A DNA stretch of 37,789 nt from an uncultured Opitutales bacterium (lineage in GTDB: Bacteria > Verrucomicrobiota > Verrucomicrobiia > Opitutales > UBA2995), in contig CALGUT010000457.1 of NCBI GenBank assembly GCA_937920335.1, positions 1-37,789 on the forward strand. The letters run 5' to 3'. The notes under the pieces were generated by a model. It did not search any database. It worked only from the letters and a program-made list of their open reading frames with translations, and was not told the origin of the DNA. The position numbers and the translations under genes were made by a program. Below are positions 20,746 through 30,629 of this stretch, one piece after another; the stretch's first letter is position 1, and each line of letters opens with the position of its first letter.

Positions 20746-22452
20746 TTGAATATACAAGGTAAAGGAACTGCAGAGAATACCTACGATGCCATCGTAATAG
20801 GATCTGGAATCAGTGGAGGCTGGGCTGCCAAAGAGCTCGGCGAAAAAGGTCTCAAGACACTCGTCCTCGAAAGAGGTCGCGATGTAAAGCACGGTGAATA
20901 TCCGACCGCGATGATGGAGCCTTGGGAATTCGAAGGTGCCGGAGCGAAGTCAAAAGAGATCCTCGAGCGCCAACCGAAACAAAACCGCACCGGTTATACC
21001 ACGCACCCGGCGTCAGCGCACTGGTTTGTGGACGACGTCGATAATCCTTACAGCGAAGTAAAACGCTTTGATTGGATGCGTGGCTACCATGTAGGCGGTA
21101 GATCCCTACTCTGGGGTCGACAGTCTTACCGAATCGGCGATATCGATTTCGAAGCCAACGGCAAGGACGGCTGGGCAGTCGACTGGCCAGTCCGCTACAA
21201 GGAAATCGATCCTTGGTACGATTACGTTGAAGAATTTGCTGGAATAAGCGGCAGAAACGAAGGCCTCTCGCAATTACCCGACGGAAAGTTCCTTCCGGCC
21301 TGGGACATGAATTGTGTTGAGACCCATGTGACGGAACAGATCCGAGAAAAATTTGATGACCGTATTATGACGATCGGTCGGGTCGCTAACCTGACACAGG
21401 ACCACAAAGGGCGAGGGGCCTGTCAGTCGAGAAACCGCTGCATACGCGGTTGTCCCTACGGAGCCTACTTTAGCAGTAATGCCTCGACCCTCCCAGCAGC
21501 ATTTGCCACCGGAAACGTTTCCCTACGTCCGTTCTCGATCGCCAACGAGATTATCTACGACAAGGAAAAAGGAAAGGCCATCGGCGTCCGAATCATTGAT
21601 GCAGAAACGAACGAAGTCATCGAATATTATGCCAAAGTCATTTTCTGCTGCGCGTCCGCAGTCGCCTCCACATTTATTCTCCTAAACTCTAAGTCAGACC
21701 GTTTCCCCGAAGGATTCGGAAATGATAGTGGTGAGCTCGGACACAACTTGATGGATCACCATTTTAAGGTGGGAGCCAGTGGTATAGCCGAAGGGTTTGA
21801 CGACCAATACTACACTGGACGTCGCCCGAACGGAATCTATATCCCCCGCTTCCGGAATCTCGACGAAAAGACCAAGCGCAAAGACTACATCCGCGGATTC
21901 GGCTATCAAGGTGGAGCCAGCCGGACCAACTGGGCGCGGGGCATTGCAGAATTCAATCGTATCGGCGCAGAATTCAAAGCCGACATGATCGAGCCAGGTC
22001 CCTGGCGCATGGGAATCGGCGCGTGGTGCGAACACCTACCGTATCACGAAAATAAAATGTATTTGAATTACGAGCTTAAGGACAAGTGGGGCCAACCGAC
22101 CATCACCTTCGATTGTGAGTGGAAGGAAAACGAGATGATCATGCGTAAGGATGCGCAGGCCTCTGCCATCGAAATGCTTGAAACCGCAGGACTCAAAGAC
22201 GTCAAAGGATTTGACGATGGAAGTGCGCCTGGACTCTGTATCCACGAAATGGGCACTGCTCGCATGGGACGGGATCCGAAAACTTCTGTCCTCAACGGAT
22301 ACAATCAGGTTCATGCTTCTCCCAACGTATTCGTAACCGATGGTTCATTCATGACCTCATCGGCTTGCCAAAATCCATCTCTGACCTATATGGCCTTCAC
22401 CGCCCGGGCAGCCGACCACGCAGCCAAAGAACTACAGAAAGGAAATATTTAA
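20746..22452 (+). CDS. GMC family flavoprotein oxidoreductase (glucoside 3-dehydrogenase-like large subunit)
   Basis: DAIVIGSGISGGWAAKEL, VGGRSLLWGRQ, CQSRNRCIRGCP Fe-S motif, IHEMGTARMG, QNPSLTYMA. Confidence 0.92.
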   Translation: MNIQGKGTAENTYDAIVIGSGISGGWAAKELGEKGLKTLVLERGRDVKHGEYPTAMMEPWEFEGAGAKSKEILERQPKQNRTGYTTHPASAHWFVDDVDNPYSEVKRFDWMRGYHVGGRSLLWGRQSYRIGDIDFEANGKDGWAVDWPVRYKEIDPWYDYVEEFAGISGRNEGLSQLPDGKFLPAWDMNCVETHVTEQIREKFDDRIMTIGRVANLTQDHKGRGACQSRNRCIRGCPYGAYFSSNASTLPAAFATGNVSLRPFSIANEIIYDKEKGKAIGVRIIDAETNEVIEYYAKVIFCCASAVASTFILLNSKSDRFPEGFGNDSGELGHNLMDHHFKVGASGIAEGFDDQYYTGRRPNGIYIPRFRNLDEKTKRKDYIRGFGYQGGASRTNWARGIAEFNRIGAEFKADMIEPGPWRMGIGAWCEHLPYHENKMYLNYELKDKWGQPTITFDCEWKENEMIMRKDAQASAIEMLETAGLKDVKGFDDGSAPGLCIHEMGTARMGRDPKTSVLNGYNQVHASPNVFVTDGSFMTSSACQNPSLTYMAFTARAADHAAKELQKGNI

Positions 22453-22453
22453 A

Positions 22454-23038
22454 ATGAGCTCACTAGACGAAAAGAATCCTGCACTCATGATGAACCGCCG
22501 CGAAGCCATCAAACGCACTGCGATGATGCTCGGAGTCGCTGTATCCGCCTCGACCATCGCGGGTTGTATGGACGGTGGTAGTAGCGATTCGGCAGTAGGG
22601 ACCAACTGGTCTCCCGATTTCCTGAGCAAAGCCCAGGGACAGGTCGCAAGAGCGCTAGCCAATGTTATCTTTCCGAAGACAGATACCCCAGGTGCGATTG
22701 ACGTAGGGGTGCCTCAAATGATGGACCTCGTCTATGGCAAATACATGGACGATGAGGAAAAGACTCTGTTTGCAGGAGGCCTCGATGGACTCAGCGCAGC
22801 CGGGTTTGCAGATCTTTCGGAAACGGATCAAGCCGCCGCTGTAACAACTATGGCTGACTCGATGGATGCAACCGACAAAGCATTTCTCCGAAAAGTCCGA
22901 GAGCTTACCATCACCGGTTACTTTAACTCAGAAGAAGTCTGCAAGAACGTGACTACCTACGACCCTATTCCTGGCAGTTACGTAGCTTGCGTTCCGATCT
23001 CTGAAACGGGCAACGTCATCATGAGTGAGCCTCGGTAA
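22454..23038 (+). CDS. Gluconate 2-dehydrogenase subunit 3 family (Tat small subunit)
   Basis: NRREAIK Tat motif, IFPKTDTPGAIDVGV, LTITGYFNSE, YDPIPG. Confidence 0.9.
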   Translation: MSSLDEKNPALMMNRREAIKRTAMMLGVAVSASTIAGCMDGGSSDSAVGTNWSPDFLSKAQGQVARALANVIFPKTDTPGAIDVGVPQMMDLVYGKYMDDEEKTLFAGGLDGLSAAGFADLSETDQAAAVTTMADSMDATDKAFLRKVRELTITGYFNSEEVCKNVTTYDPIPGSYVACVPISETGNVIMSEPR

Positions 23039-23058
23039 GAGCTAGACACAACAGTTTC

Positions 23059-23125
23059 CAAATCGGCAGCCAACTGCCTTCCTGCACTATTAAATAAAGG
23101 AGGTGGCTGGCTGCCGATTTGTTTT
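23059..23125 (+). terminator. Stem-loop / probable intrinsic terminator
   Basis: Perfect 14-bp stem CAAATCGGCAGCCA / TGGCTGCCGATTTG followed by TTTT, 20 nt after the stop. Confidence 0.7.
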
Positions 23126-23310
23126 CAGGAGCGGTGACGGATAAAAATCAACGGCATCGTCTCTGACAATTGACTTTCAAGTTCTGCAATCACTGAATGG
23201 GATTCTATCGAGGAAGGCCTCTGTTATTTTCCGAATCGCAGGTCGACTTCATCAAAAGAACACTAACACGCATTCAGCAATACTGACAGAAGAGATCTAT
23301 GTACAAAGTC

Positions 23311-24507
23311 ATGAAAACTAAATTCGCGATTGGAGTATCCAGTTTTTTTATCTTGGGGTGCTTTCACTCCGCGTTTGCTCAACCCTCCGATGAGCAGGTG
23401 CTGAAAGACATGACGAATCCCGGTATCATCGAAGTAAAATTGACGCCCTCCACTGGGCAAAAACAATGGAATGCCGACTACGGCATCTGGGAGTACGTTC
23501 GCGGAGTAAACGCTATCCGGGAATACAAAGAAAAGGAGGGCGTCACCATAAAGATTGTCGGAGACGCGGTCTACCAGATGTATGGCGCGACCGATTACAA
23601 ATACTGGAAGTTTCGGGTCATCTCGAACGAATACCTCGGCATGGGAGCCCCTTCCAGTGAAGAACTCATGGAAATCGTGCAAGGAGATTTCCCGAAGTTC
23701 CTTTCCAGCTATTGGTACAACCGCATTGTCGGCGAAGTGAAAGCCCTCTACATCGCGGACGACCCCAATTTTTATTGGCACACAACCAACTCACTTTCTT
23801 TCAACGTGGTCGCCGAGTACACTGCCAAGGTCAGCAACATCCACCTGGAGGACATTGTGCAAACCTTCGAAGTGCGCCTCTACCGTGACGGAGAGGACAA
23901 GCCTTGGAAAAACTTCATTTCCAGCGCACGGGATCGCGTGAATGAAAACCGCAGAGAGTTACCCCGCGAAGAGATAAACAACCTCAAGTCACTCGCAGTC
24001 ATTGATGGCGAACGCAAAGCAGCTGAGGCACTGGCGGGTGCCCCCAAAGTGTCTTTCAGTGATCCCAAAGAGTTCGCCTTCGCACTCAATCGAGAATTAC
24101 GAAACGGAACCCCGGAAAGCGTCGAAGCCTTTTTGATTCAGTCCCTCGCCCCCATGCATTTCGTCAATGGCAGTACCGTGTTACTGACCGGACGTGGAGC
24201 CCAGTTAGTGAACCAAACGGTACAAGCCGCTTTCAAAGGTCGCCTGCCCTATGCCAAGCAATTCTGCAACCAACCCGGCATAGATGAGCGTCGCTCATCA
24301 GCCAGCCGCATCTACCTGATTGGCATCGGTGGCCGAGCAACCGCGCAGGTCGCCTTTATGCAAACGCCGGGTGGATACGTCAACGGAGTCCAGCAACCGG
24401 GAGAACTGAAAATTACCACGCTCAACCTCTACCTGAAACAATCGAACGACGACGTGGCATTCTTCAATTCATTTACGGACCCCGCTTCAGCATGTCCCGA
24501 CGATTAG
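23311..24507 (+). CDS. Secreted hypothetical protein
   Basis: About 398 aa, signal peptide MKTKFAIGVSSFFILGCFHSAFA-Q. No family recognised. Confidence 0.8.
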   Translation: MKTKFAIGVSSFFILGCFHSAFAQPSDEQVLKDMTNPGIIEVKLTPSTGQKQWNADYGIWEYVRGVNAIREYKEKEGVTIKIVGDAVYQMYGATDYKYWKFRVISNEYLGMGAPSSEELMEIVQGDFPKFLSSYWYNRIVGEVKALYIADDPNFYWHTTNSLSFNVVAEYTAKVSNIHLEDIVQTFEVRLYRDGEDKPWKNFISSARDRVNENRRELPREEINNLKSLAVIDGERKAAEALAGAPKVSFSDPKEFAFALNRELRNGTPESVEAFLIQSLAPMHFVNGSTVLLTGRGAQLVNQTVQAAFKGRLPYAKQFCNQPGIDERRSSASRIYLIGIGGRATAQVAFMQTPGGYVNGVQQPGELKITTLNLYLKQSNDDVAFFNSFTDPASACPDD

Positions 24508-24576
24508 TATCCGCAGGTTGAAACCCAACTGAATGTTTTAAGGTCACTTCCGTATTTCCGTTAACCACCCAACGAT

Positions 24577-26019
24577 TTGAGAAAATTATTCACTACCCTA
24601 CTGGTATTGCTCGGCACAATTCACGCCTCGGCAACATACAATGTTCTCTTCATCATTTCGGACGACCTGACCTACACCGCTTTATCCTGTTACGGAAACA
24701 CCGTTTACGAAACACCCAACATCGATCGACTGGCCGAAAAGGGGGTCCGCTTTACCCGCGCCTACTGTCAGGGCACCTACTGCGGCCCCTCGCGTGCATC
24801 CTTCATGTCGGGTTACTATCCTCATGCAACCGGAGCCCTTGGCTACAAAAGTCCCCGCCCGCAGATCGGAGACCGGCAAACCTGGTCACAACTTTTTAAG
24901 GACAACGGCTACTACGCCGCACGGGTTAGTAAGATCTTCCACATGGGCGTTCCTGGTGGTATCGAAGAAGGTGGGCATGGTGCTGATGACGAACTCTCCT
25001 GGACCGAACGTTTCAATAGCCCCGGACCTGAATGGGCTGCTCCAGGAGATGCCGAAACGCTCGAAAACAATCCGGACGGTAAAAAACCAGCGGTTGGAGG
25101 TAATACCTTCGTCGTGGTGGAAGCCGATGGCGACGACCTCGTCCACTCCGACGGCAAGACTGCCGCCAAAGCAGTGGAACTCATCCACCAGTTTGACAAA
25201 GAAACCGGTTCACGAAAAGGAGAGCCCTTTTGGTTGGGTGTCGGATTCGTAAGGCCCCATGTTCCACTCGTCGCACCTGCCTCCTATTTCCCTCCTTTCA
25301 AGCCCTACGACAAGCTGGTGCTCCCGCCCAAGATCCCCGGTGACTGGGACGATATTCCAACCCCCGGCATCAATTACAAAACGAGCCAGGGCATGGAGCT
25401 CGACATACGGCGTCAAAAGAAACTCCTCGGCGGCTACTACGCATCGGTTGCTTATATGGATGCTCAAGTGGGTAAAGTCCTCGACGCGCTAGAAGACGCA
25501 GGCCTGGAAGACGAAACCATCGTCATCTTTACCAGTGATCACGGCTACCATCTGGGCGAACATGACTTCTGGTCCAAGGTGAGCTTGCGCGACCCTTCAG
25601 CGGGCGTCCCACTGATTATCTGTGTCCCCGGTAAAGAACCCGCCGTCTGTAATTCTCTCACCGAGCTCATCGACCTCTACCCCACCACCGCCAAACTCTG
25701 CGGTCTCGATGTCCCAGAAGGCAATCAGGGAAAAGACATCTCCCCTTTACTCGACGACCCCACCATCGAAGTCCGCGATGCGGCCTTCTCAGTCGCCCCC
25801 ATGCGGAAAGGATTCCTCCTCAGAACCCACGAGTATTCGTATATTCAATACGGTGAGGATGCTTCCGGAGGCATTGAACTCTTCGACATTAGAAACGACC
25901 CCGAACAATACACCAATCTGGCAACCTTTCCCGAATATAAATTTCTTGCTGCTGCTTTTAAAGACCGACTCGCAGTAAAACTCCAGAGCGTCAGGACAAA
26001 CGATCTGGGCCTCAACTAA
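24577..26019 (+). CDS. Sulfatase (iduronate-2-sulfatase-like S1)
   Basis: NVLFIISDDL, CGPSR, GFVRPHVP, FTSDHGYHLGEH. Signal peptide. Confidence 0.92.
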   Translation: MRKLFTTLLVLLGTIHASATYNVLFIISDDLTYTALSCYGNTVYETPNIDRLAEKGVRFTRAYCQGTYCGPSRASFMSGYYPHATGALGYKSPRPQIGDRQTWSQLFKDNGYYAARVSKIFHMGVPGGIEEGGHGADDELSWTERFNSPGPEWAAPGDAETLENNPDGKKPAVGGNTFVVVEADGDDLVHSDGKTAAKAVELIHQFDKETGSRKGEPFWLGVGFVRPHVPLVAPASYFPPFKPYDKLVLPPKIPGDWDDIPTPGINYKTSQGMELDIRRQKKLLGGYYASVAYMDAQVGKVLDALEDAGLEDETIVIFTSDHGYHLGEHDFWSKVSLRDPSAGVPLIICVPGKEPAVCNSLTELIDLYPTTAKLCGLDVPEGNQGKDISPLLDDPTIEVRDAAFSVAPMRKGFLLRTHEYSYIQYGEDASGGIELFDIRNDPEQYTNLATFPEYKFLAAAFKDRLAVKLQSVRTNDLGLN

Positions 26020-26198
26020 GATTAGCATTCAGCGGTTCTGAATGGCTTACTTTCCATACACCGGCAAACGCTTCTCGCATAGACCTCGGAGACGGTCCTG
26101 ATTTACCCGGCCAAAATGTTCGCAAAGCCGCCTATATAGATCTGAGCGAAGCCGTCACACTCACAACGAGAAATCCGTAAGATCCTCGCTCATCATAG

Positions 26199-26876
26199 CT
26201 AAGCGATTTTGTCACCAACGTATAGCATGTATGCGGCGCGCTTCGCCCGTTCGTGGACCTTCGCCGGAACTGCTTTGACCTTGAAGCCGGCTCTCCCGAA
26301 CCGCGGTTCAAACATAGGTTCCGGACCGGCTGACCAAAAAATAACCCGCCCCTTCGGCTTTAATGCCGACCTAATCGCCCTGAGTCCATTATTTGAATAC
26401 AACGAAAAATTGTTTTTGGCCACCATGGCAACCGGACCGTTATCCACATCCAGCATAATCGCATCGTAGCTTGCCGGCTTCGCTTTTCGGATCAGATTAC
26501 TCGCGTTTCCCAGTCGTATTTCGACCCGAGGATCATCGACCAACCCACCGTGTAGGGATTGCATATGATTACGATTCCATTTCTCCATTTCGGGCAAGAG
26601 TTCTGCTACCTCGACAATCGTCTTATCACTCGAAAATTTCAATGCGGTATGAAGCGTAAAACCAAGTCCCAATCCCCCGACCAACACGCGGGAGTCTCGT
26701 TCACGGTTCAAACGCTCAACTCCCAACTGCCCGAGTAACTCTTCTGATGTGCTTGCGCGCGAATGCATGATCTCCGCTCCATCAAGACTGATCGAAAAAT
26801 CGCCATCATGCTCGAACAAAAACATGGTTCCCCCATCGGGTGTTTTTGTTTCAGCAAGTTTAATATGTGGTTTCAT
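26199..26876 (-). CDS. Spermidine synthase-like SAM-dependent methyltransferase-fold protein
   Basis: VLVGGLGLGFT, VAEL, DAIMLDVDNGP, WSA. Confidence 0.88.
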   Translation of the reverse strand: MKPHIKLAETKTPDGGTMFLFEHDGDFSISLDGAEIMHSRASTSEELLGQLGVERLNRERDSRVLVGGLGLGFTLHTALKFSSDKTIVEVAELLPEMEKWNRNHMQSLHGGLVDDPRVEIRLGNASNLIRKAKPASYDAIMLDVDNGPVAMVAKNNFSLYSNNGLRAIRSALKPKGRVIFWSAGPEPMFEPRFGRAGFKVKAVPAKVHERAKRAAYMLYVGDKIA

Positions 26877-27193
26877 TAAGAGACCACGGTTTGAATATCT
26901 CGTTTTGGCAATTCTATTTGCCTCTCCTTACCGAGAAAGCCAACCAGACACTCAGGAATCGTTTAGCCGGATCACCCGGATGTCCACGATCCAGCATCCA
27001 AACTTCAAAGGTTCGTCAGCTATCTCCTCTTTGTCACCCGATTCTCTCCGTGAACAACTGTGGACAACAAAATCAACCTGGAATTCCCCTAGAGCTATAA
27101 AACTGGAGTTTGAGTCCCACCATTTTCGCCAATTGAACACTCCTTGAGGGTAAAGGCTTGCAGGACCCCCTTCAAAATCTCTTTTTCAAACCC

Positions 27194-30100
27194 ATGCCAA
27201 CACGCACTGCCCAGATTTTCCTGCTAGCCCTATTCACACAACTCGTTTTCGCCTGTTCAAAACAAGCAGATACTAACCATACTGCCCAAACGAACAAGCC
27301 GGACACCCTCACAACCTCCGCTGCAGAAACTGAAACTCAGGCTAACCCCGAATCCAGCGAATCAACTTCTATTCAGTACATCAAATGGTCAGCCGACATA
27401 AACATTCCTGATCCAGTATCGATTAGCATGGATAATCGAGGTCGTGCCTACGTGACACAAACTCAACGGCGGAAGGCTCAGGATCTAGATATACGAAGCA
27501 ACCGCGACTGGATCCCGGATGACGTGGGACTCAACAGCGTTGAAGACAAGCGCTCCTTCTTCAAAACCCAGCTTTCGCCAGAGAGCTCCTCCCTTAACAC
27601 TGAACGCGTCGCAGACCACAACGGAGACGGCTCACACGACTGGCGCGACCTTACCGTAATCCCCGAACGGATACACCTGGTCGAAGACACAGACAAAGAC
27701 GGATTCGCCGACAGTTCCAAGGTTTACTATGACGACTTTAAAACAGAGGTCACTGGTATCGCGGCAGGCGTGCTCTGGCATGACGGTGACGTTTACGCAA
27801 CGGTTGCTCCCGACGTTTGGAAATTTCGCGATACCGACGGCGATGATCTACCCGACAACAAGGAATTAGTCGCTCACGGCTTTGGACTTCATATCGCTTA
27901 CGGCGGCCACGACATGCATGGCTTGATCATGGGCCCAGACGGAAAAGTGTATTGGTCAATAGGCGACAAAGGCATCAATGTGCTTTCTAAAGAAGGGAAG
28001 CGTTTTTTCTACCCGAATCAAGGAGGCATGCTCCGGGCGAATCCTGATGGCAGCGACTTTGAAGTGTTTGCTCATGGTCTACGCAATGTTCAGGAGCCTG
28101 CCTTCGACGCTTATGGGAATTGGTTCGGCGTCGACAACGATTCAGATCAAACAGGAGAGAAAGAGCGTTTCATGTATATCGTGAATGGAATGGATGCTGG
28201 TTGGAGAAATGACTATCAGTACCGCGGTGATAGATACAATCCATGGATGGACGAAGGGATGACGATACCTCGACACGAAGGCCAGGCGGCCTATATCATT
28301 CCAACGATCCAAAACTATATCGACGGCCCTGCTGGATTCGTATTCAATCCGGGCACCGCACTCAACGAACATTACAAAGACTACTTTTTCCTTAACGGCA
28401 CGCTACAGGGCGCACAATATGCCTTCCAGGTAGAACAGGACGGCACTTCATTCAAAATGGTAAATGACCACTCCTTGGGTGAAGGGCTACCTCTTGTCGG
28501 GTTGACCTGGGGTCCAGATGGCGCGCTCTACACGGTCGACTGGGGCGGAGGTTACCCTCTCAATCAATCCGGTGCGATTTGGAAGCTGGACACTCCTGGC
28601 GCCAATGAATCGATGCGCGCTGAAGTCCAAACGCTACTTCTGCATGGCATGCAGGAAAGAAACAGTTCTCAGTTACGAAAACTGCTTGCCCACGCTGATC
28701 AACGCTTACGCCTCCAGGCCCAGTGGGAAATTGTCAACCGTGGCGAAACGAATCATCTTATCGAAGATTCAAACGACAGCTATCAACTTAAACGCATCCA
28801 CGCAATATGGGGACTCGGGCAACTGGCTCGCGCAGGCGACAAGGCCGCAATCAACCACCTGCTTTCTTTACTGAACGATGAAGACCCCGAAATACAGGTT
28901 CAATCCAGCAAGGTCCTGGCTGATCTAAAGCCTGGTTCGTTCGACCCTACTCCACTCATCTCTCACCTTTCATCCATCCATCCGCGTACCCGTTTCCAAG
29001 CAGGTCTTTCGATCGGCCGCCAGAAGGTAAAAGAAGCCTTCACCGCAGTTGTTGATTTTATCGCATCGAATGACATTGAAGATAGCTACTTACGTCATGC
29101 AGGCGTGATGGCTCTGGTCGGTACCGGTGGAGCAAATACGCTTTCCAAACACGATTCTGAAGCGGTTCGCTTATCAGCTGTAGTCGCCCTACGACGCGCC
29201 CAGGATCCCTCAATCGTACAGTTTCTTTCAGACGAATCTGAAATCGTCGTTTTGGAAGCCGCACGAGCAATTCATGACGACTATTCCATAACCGAGGCCC
29301 TTCCCGCACTCGCTAAACAGCTGGTTTTCACGGACAGCGAGAACGAAGCCCTAATTAGGCGACTCATCAATGCCAACTTCCGTATCGGCGGAAGCAACGA
29401 AGCTTATCTCGTCGCAGAGTATGCCGCCAACCCAAACCACCGCATGGCAATGCGACTGGAAGCACTCGATGCATTATCCTTATGGTCTGCCCCTCCTCTT
29501 CTCGATCGTGTCGATGGGCGCAGGCGCTATTTGGAAGATCGTCCGATCGACAAGATTGCGGCCAGCATTGGCTCCATGCTGGAAGGGCTGCTGACTTCCG
29601 AGGACAGCGAACTCCTGCAGAAAACCGTCGAAGCCGCCAATAGCCTTTCAGTCATGCTCAGTCCACCGGCCCTTGAAAAACTACTCCAGAACAGGCAGGC
29701 CCCCAGCTCCCTTCGAGTTTCAGCACTCAAGAGCTTGAAGAATCCAAAAACGGTTAACTACGCACTCAGTTCAAACGACGAAGGCCTGCGAATGGCTGCA
29801 GCCGAATTCCTGTCTAAAACTAATAAAACGACTGCGACAAGTTACCTCATCGAACGTCTAGACAGAGCGTCCTCTGTCAGCGAACAACAAACGAGCATCG
29901 CCCTGCTATCGACTCTCGAGACCTCTGAGGCAGACCAACAGATCAGAACATTAGCCCAGGATCTTTCAAACGGAAACAGCCTACCTCAACTACAGCTGGA
30001 TATTATTGAAGCCGCAACCAGCCGCGGCTTTAACGAGGAATTATCAGGCTTCGAAACTAATCGTCCCACCGGCAGCACAACAGCAGCTTTCATGGAGACA

Positions 30101-30526
30101 CTCGAAGGCGGCAATGCCGAAGCCGGTAGAGCGGTCACTCAAACACACTTGGCCGCACAGTGTGCCCGTTGCCACAAATTCGAATCTGGCGGCGGTAGCA
30201 ACATTGGACCGAATCTAAGAAACATCGGTAGTAAACGAGACCGCGAATACCTGCTCAGGTCCCTGGTCGATCCTGGAGCCGATATTGCCGAAGGCTTCGG
30301 CGTGACAACCGTCACTCTGAAGTCCGGCGAAACTATTAGCGCACAACTCGGCCAAGAAACCAGTGAAGGCATAGAGCTCATTTCCTCAGAGGGAGAAAAA
30401 CAATTTATCAAGGCAGACACCATTGCGTCCAAGACCGAGCCTGTATCAACCATGCCGCCGATGGGCTATTTATTGACCAAACGCGAACTCCGCGACGTGG
30501 TGGAATACCTAAGCAGTTTAAAATAA
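27194..30526 (+). CDS. PVC-type heme-binding membrane-bound dehydrogenase-like lipoprotein (beta-propeller, HEAT repeats, cytochrome c)
   Basis: LVFAC lipobox; GPDGKVYWSIGD and AHGLRN propeller; HEAT-like repeats; CARCH heme motif, GPNL, STMP. Confidence 0.88.
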   Translation: MPTRTAQIFLLALFTQLVFACSKQADTNHTAQTNKPDTLTTSAAETETQANPESSESTSIQYIKWSADINIPDPVSISMDNRGRAYVTQTQRRKAQDLDIRSNRDWIPDDVGLNSVEDKRSFFKTQLSPESSSLNTERVADHNGDGSHDWRDLTVIPERIHLVEDTDKDGFADSSKVYYDDFKTEVTGIAAGVLWHDGDVYATVAPDVWKFRDTDGDDLPDNKELVAHGFGLHIAYGGHDMHGLIMGPDGKVYWSIGDKGINVLSKEGKRFFYPNQGGMLRANPDGSDFEVFAHGLRNVQEPAFDAYGNWFGVDNDSDQTGEKERFMYIVNGMDAGWRNDYQYRGDRYNPWMDEGMTIPRHEGQAAYIIPTIQNYIDGPAGFVFNPGTALNEHYKDYFFLNGTLQGAQYAFQVEQDGTSFKMVNDHSLGEGLPLVGLTWGPDGALYTVDWGGGYPLNQSGAIWKLDTPGANESMRAEVQTLLLHGMQERNSSQLRKLLAHADQRLRLQAQWEIVNRGETNHLIEDSNDSYQLKRIHAIWGLGQLARAGDKAAINHLLSLLNDEDPEIQVQSSKVLADLKPGSFDPTPLISHLSSIHPRTRFQAGLSIGRQKVKEAFTAVVDFIASNDIEDSYLRHAGVMALVGTGGANTLSKHDSEAVRLSAVVALRRAQDPSIVQFLSDESEIVVLEAARAIHDDYSITEALPALAKQLVFTDSENEALIRRLINANFRIGGSNEAYLVAEYAANPNHRMAMRLEALDALSLWSAPPLLDRVDGRRRYLEDRPIDKIAASIGSMLEGLLTSEDSELLQKTVEAANSLSVMLSPPALEKLLQNRQAPSSLRVSALKSLKNPKTVNYALSSNDEGLRMAAAEFLSKTNKTTATSYLIERLDRASSVSEQQTSIALLSTLETSEADQQIRTLAQDLSNGNSLPQLQLDIIEAATSRGFNEELSGFETNRPTGSTTAAFMETLEGGNAEAGRAVTQTHLAAQCARCHKFESGGGSNIGPNLRNIGSKRDREYLLRSLVDPGADIAEGFGVTTVTLKSGETISAQLGQETSEGIELISSEGEKQFIKADTIASKTEPVSTMPPMGYLLTKRELRDVVEYLSSLK

Positions 30527-30629
30527 ACTTTAGTAGCCCATCACCAAACGCTTGATCACACAGACAGGACATGCCTAATTTACCGGCATGCCCCTAAGAA
30601 GTAATTCCTCTACCCCAGAGTCTCAGATC

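Noticed and set aside
26146-26152. GCGAAGC mini-hairpin as another copy of the insert module
   Set aside because: It lacks the TTCCG/CGGA termini and the CGAC arm, and a single 7-mer is expected by chance.
26877-27193. Small ORFs or ncRNA in the divergent intergenic region
   Set aside because: No recognisable motifs, repeats or convincing structure.
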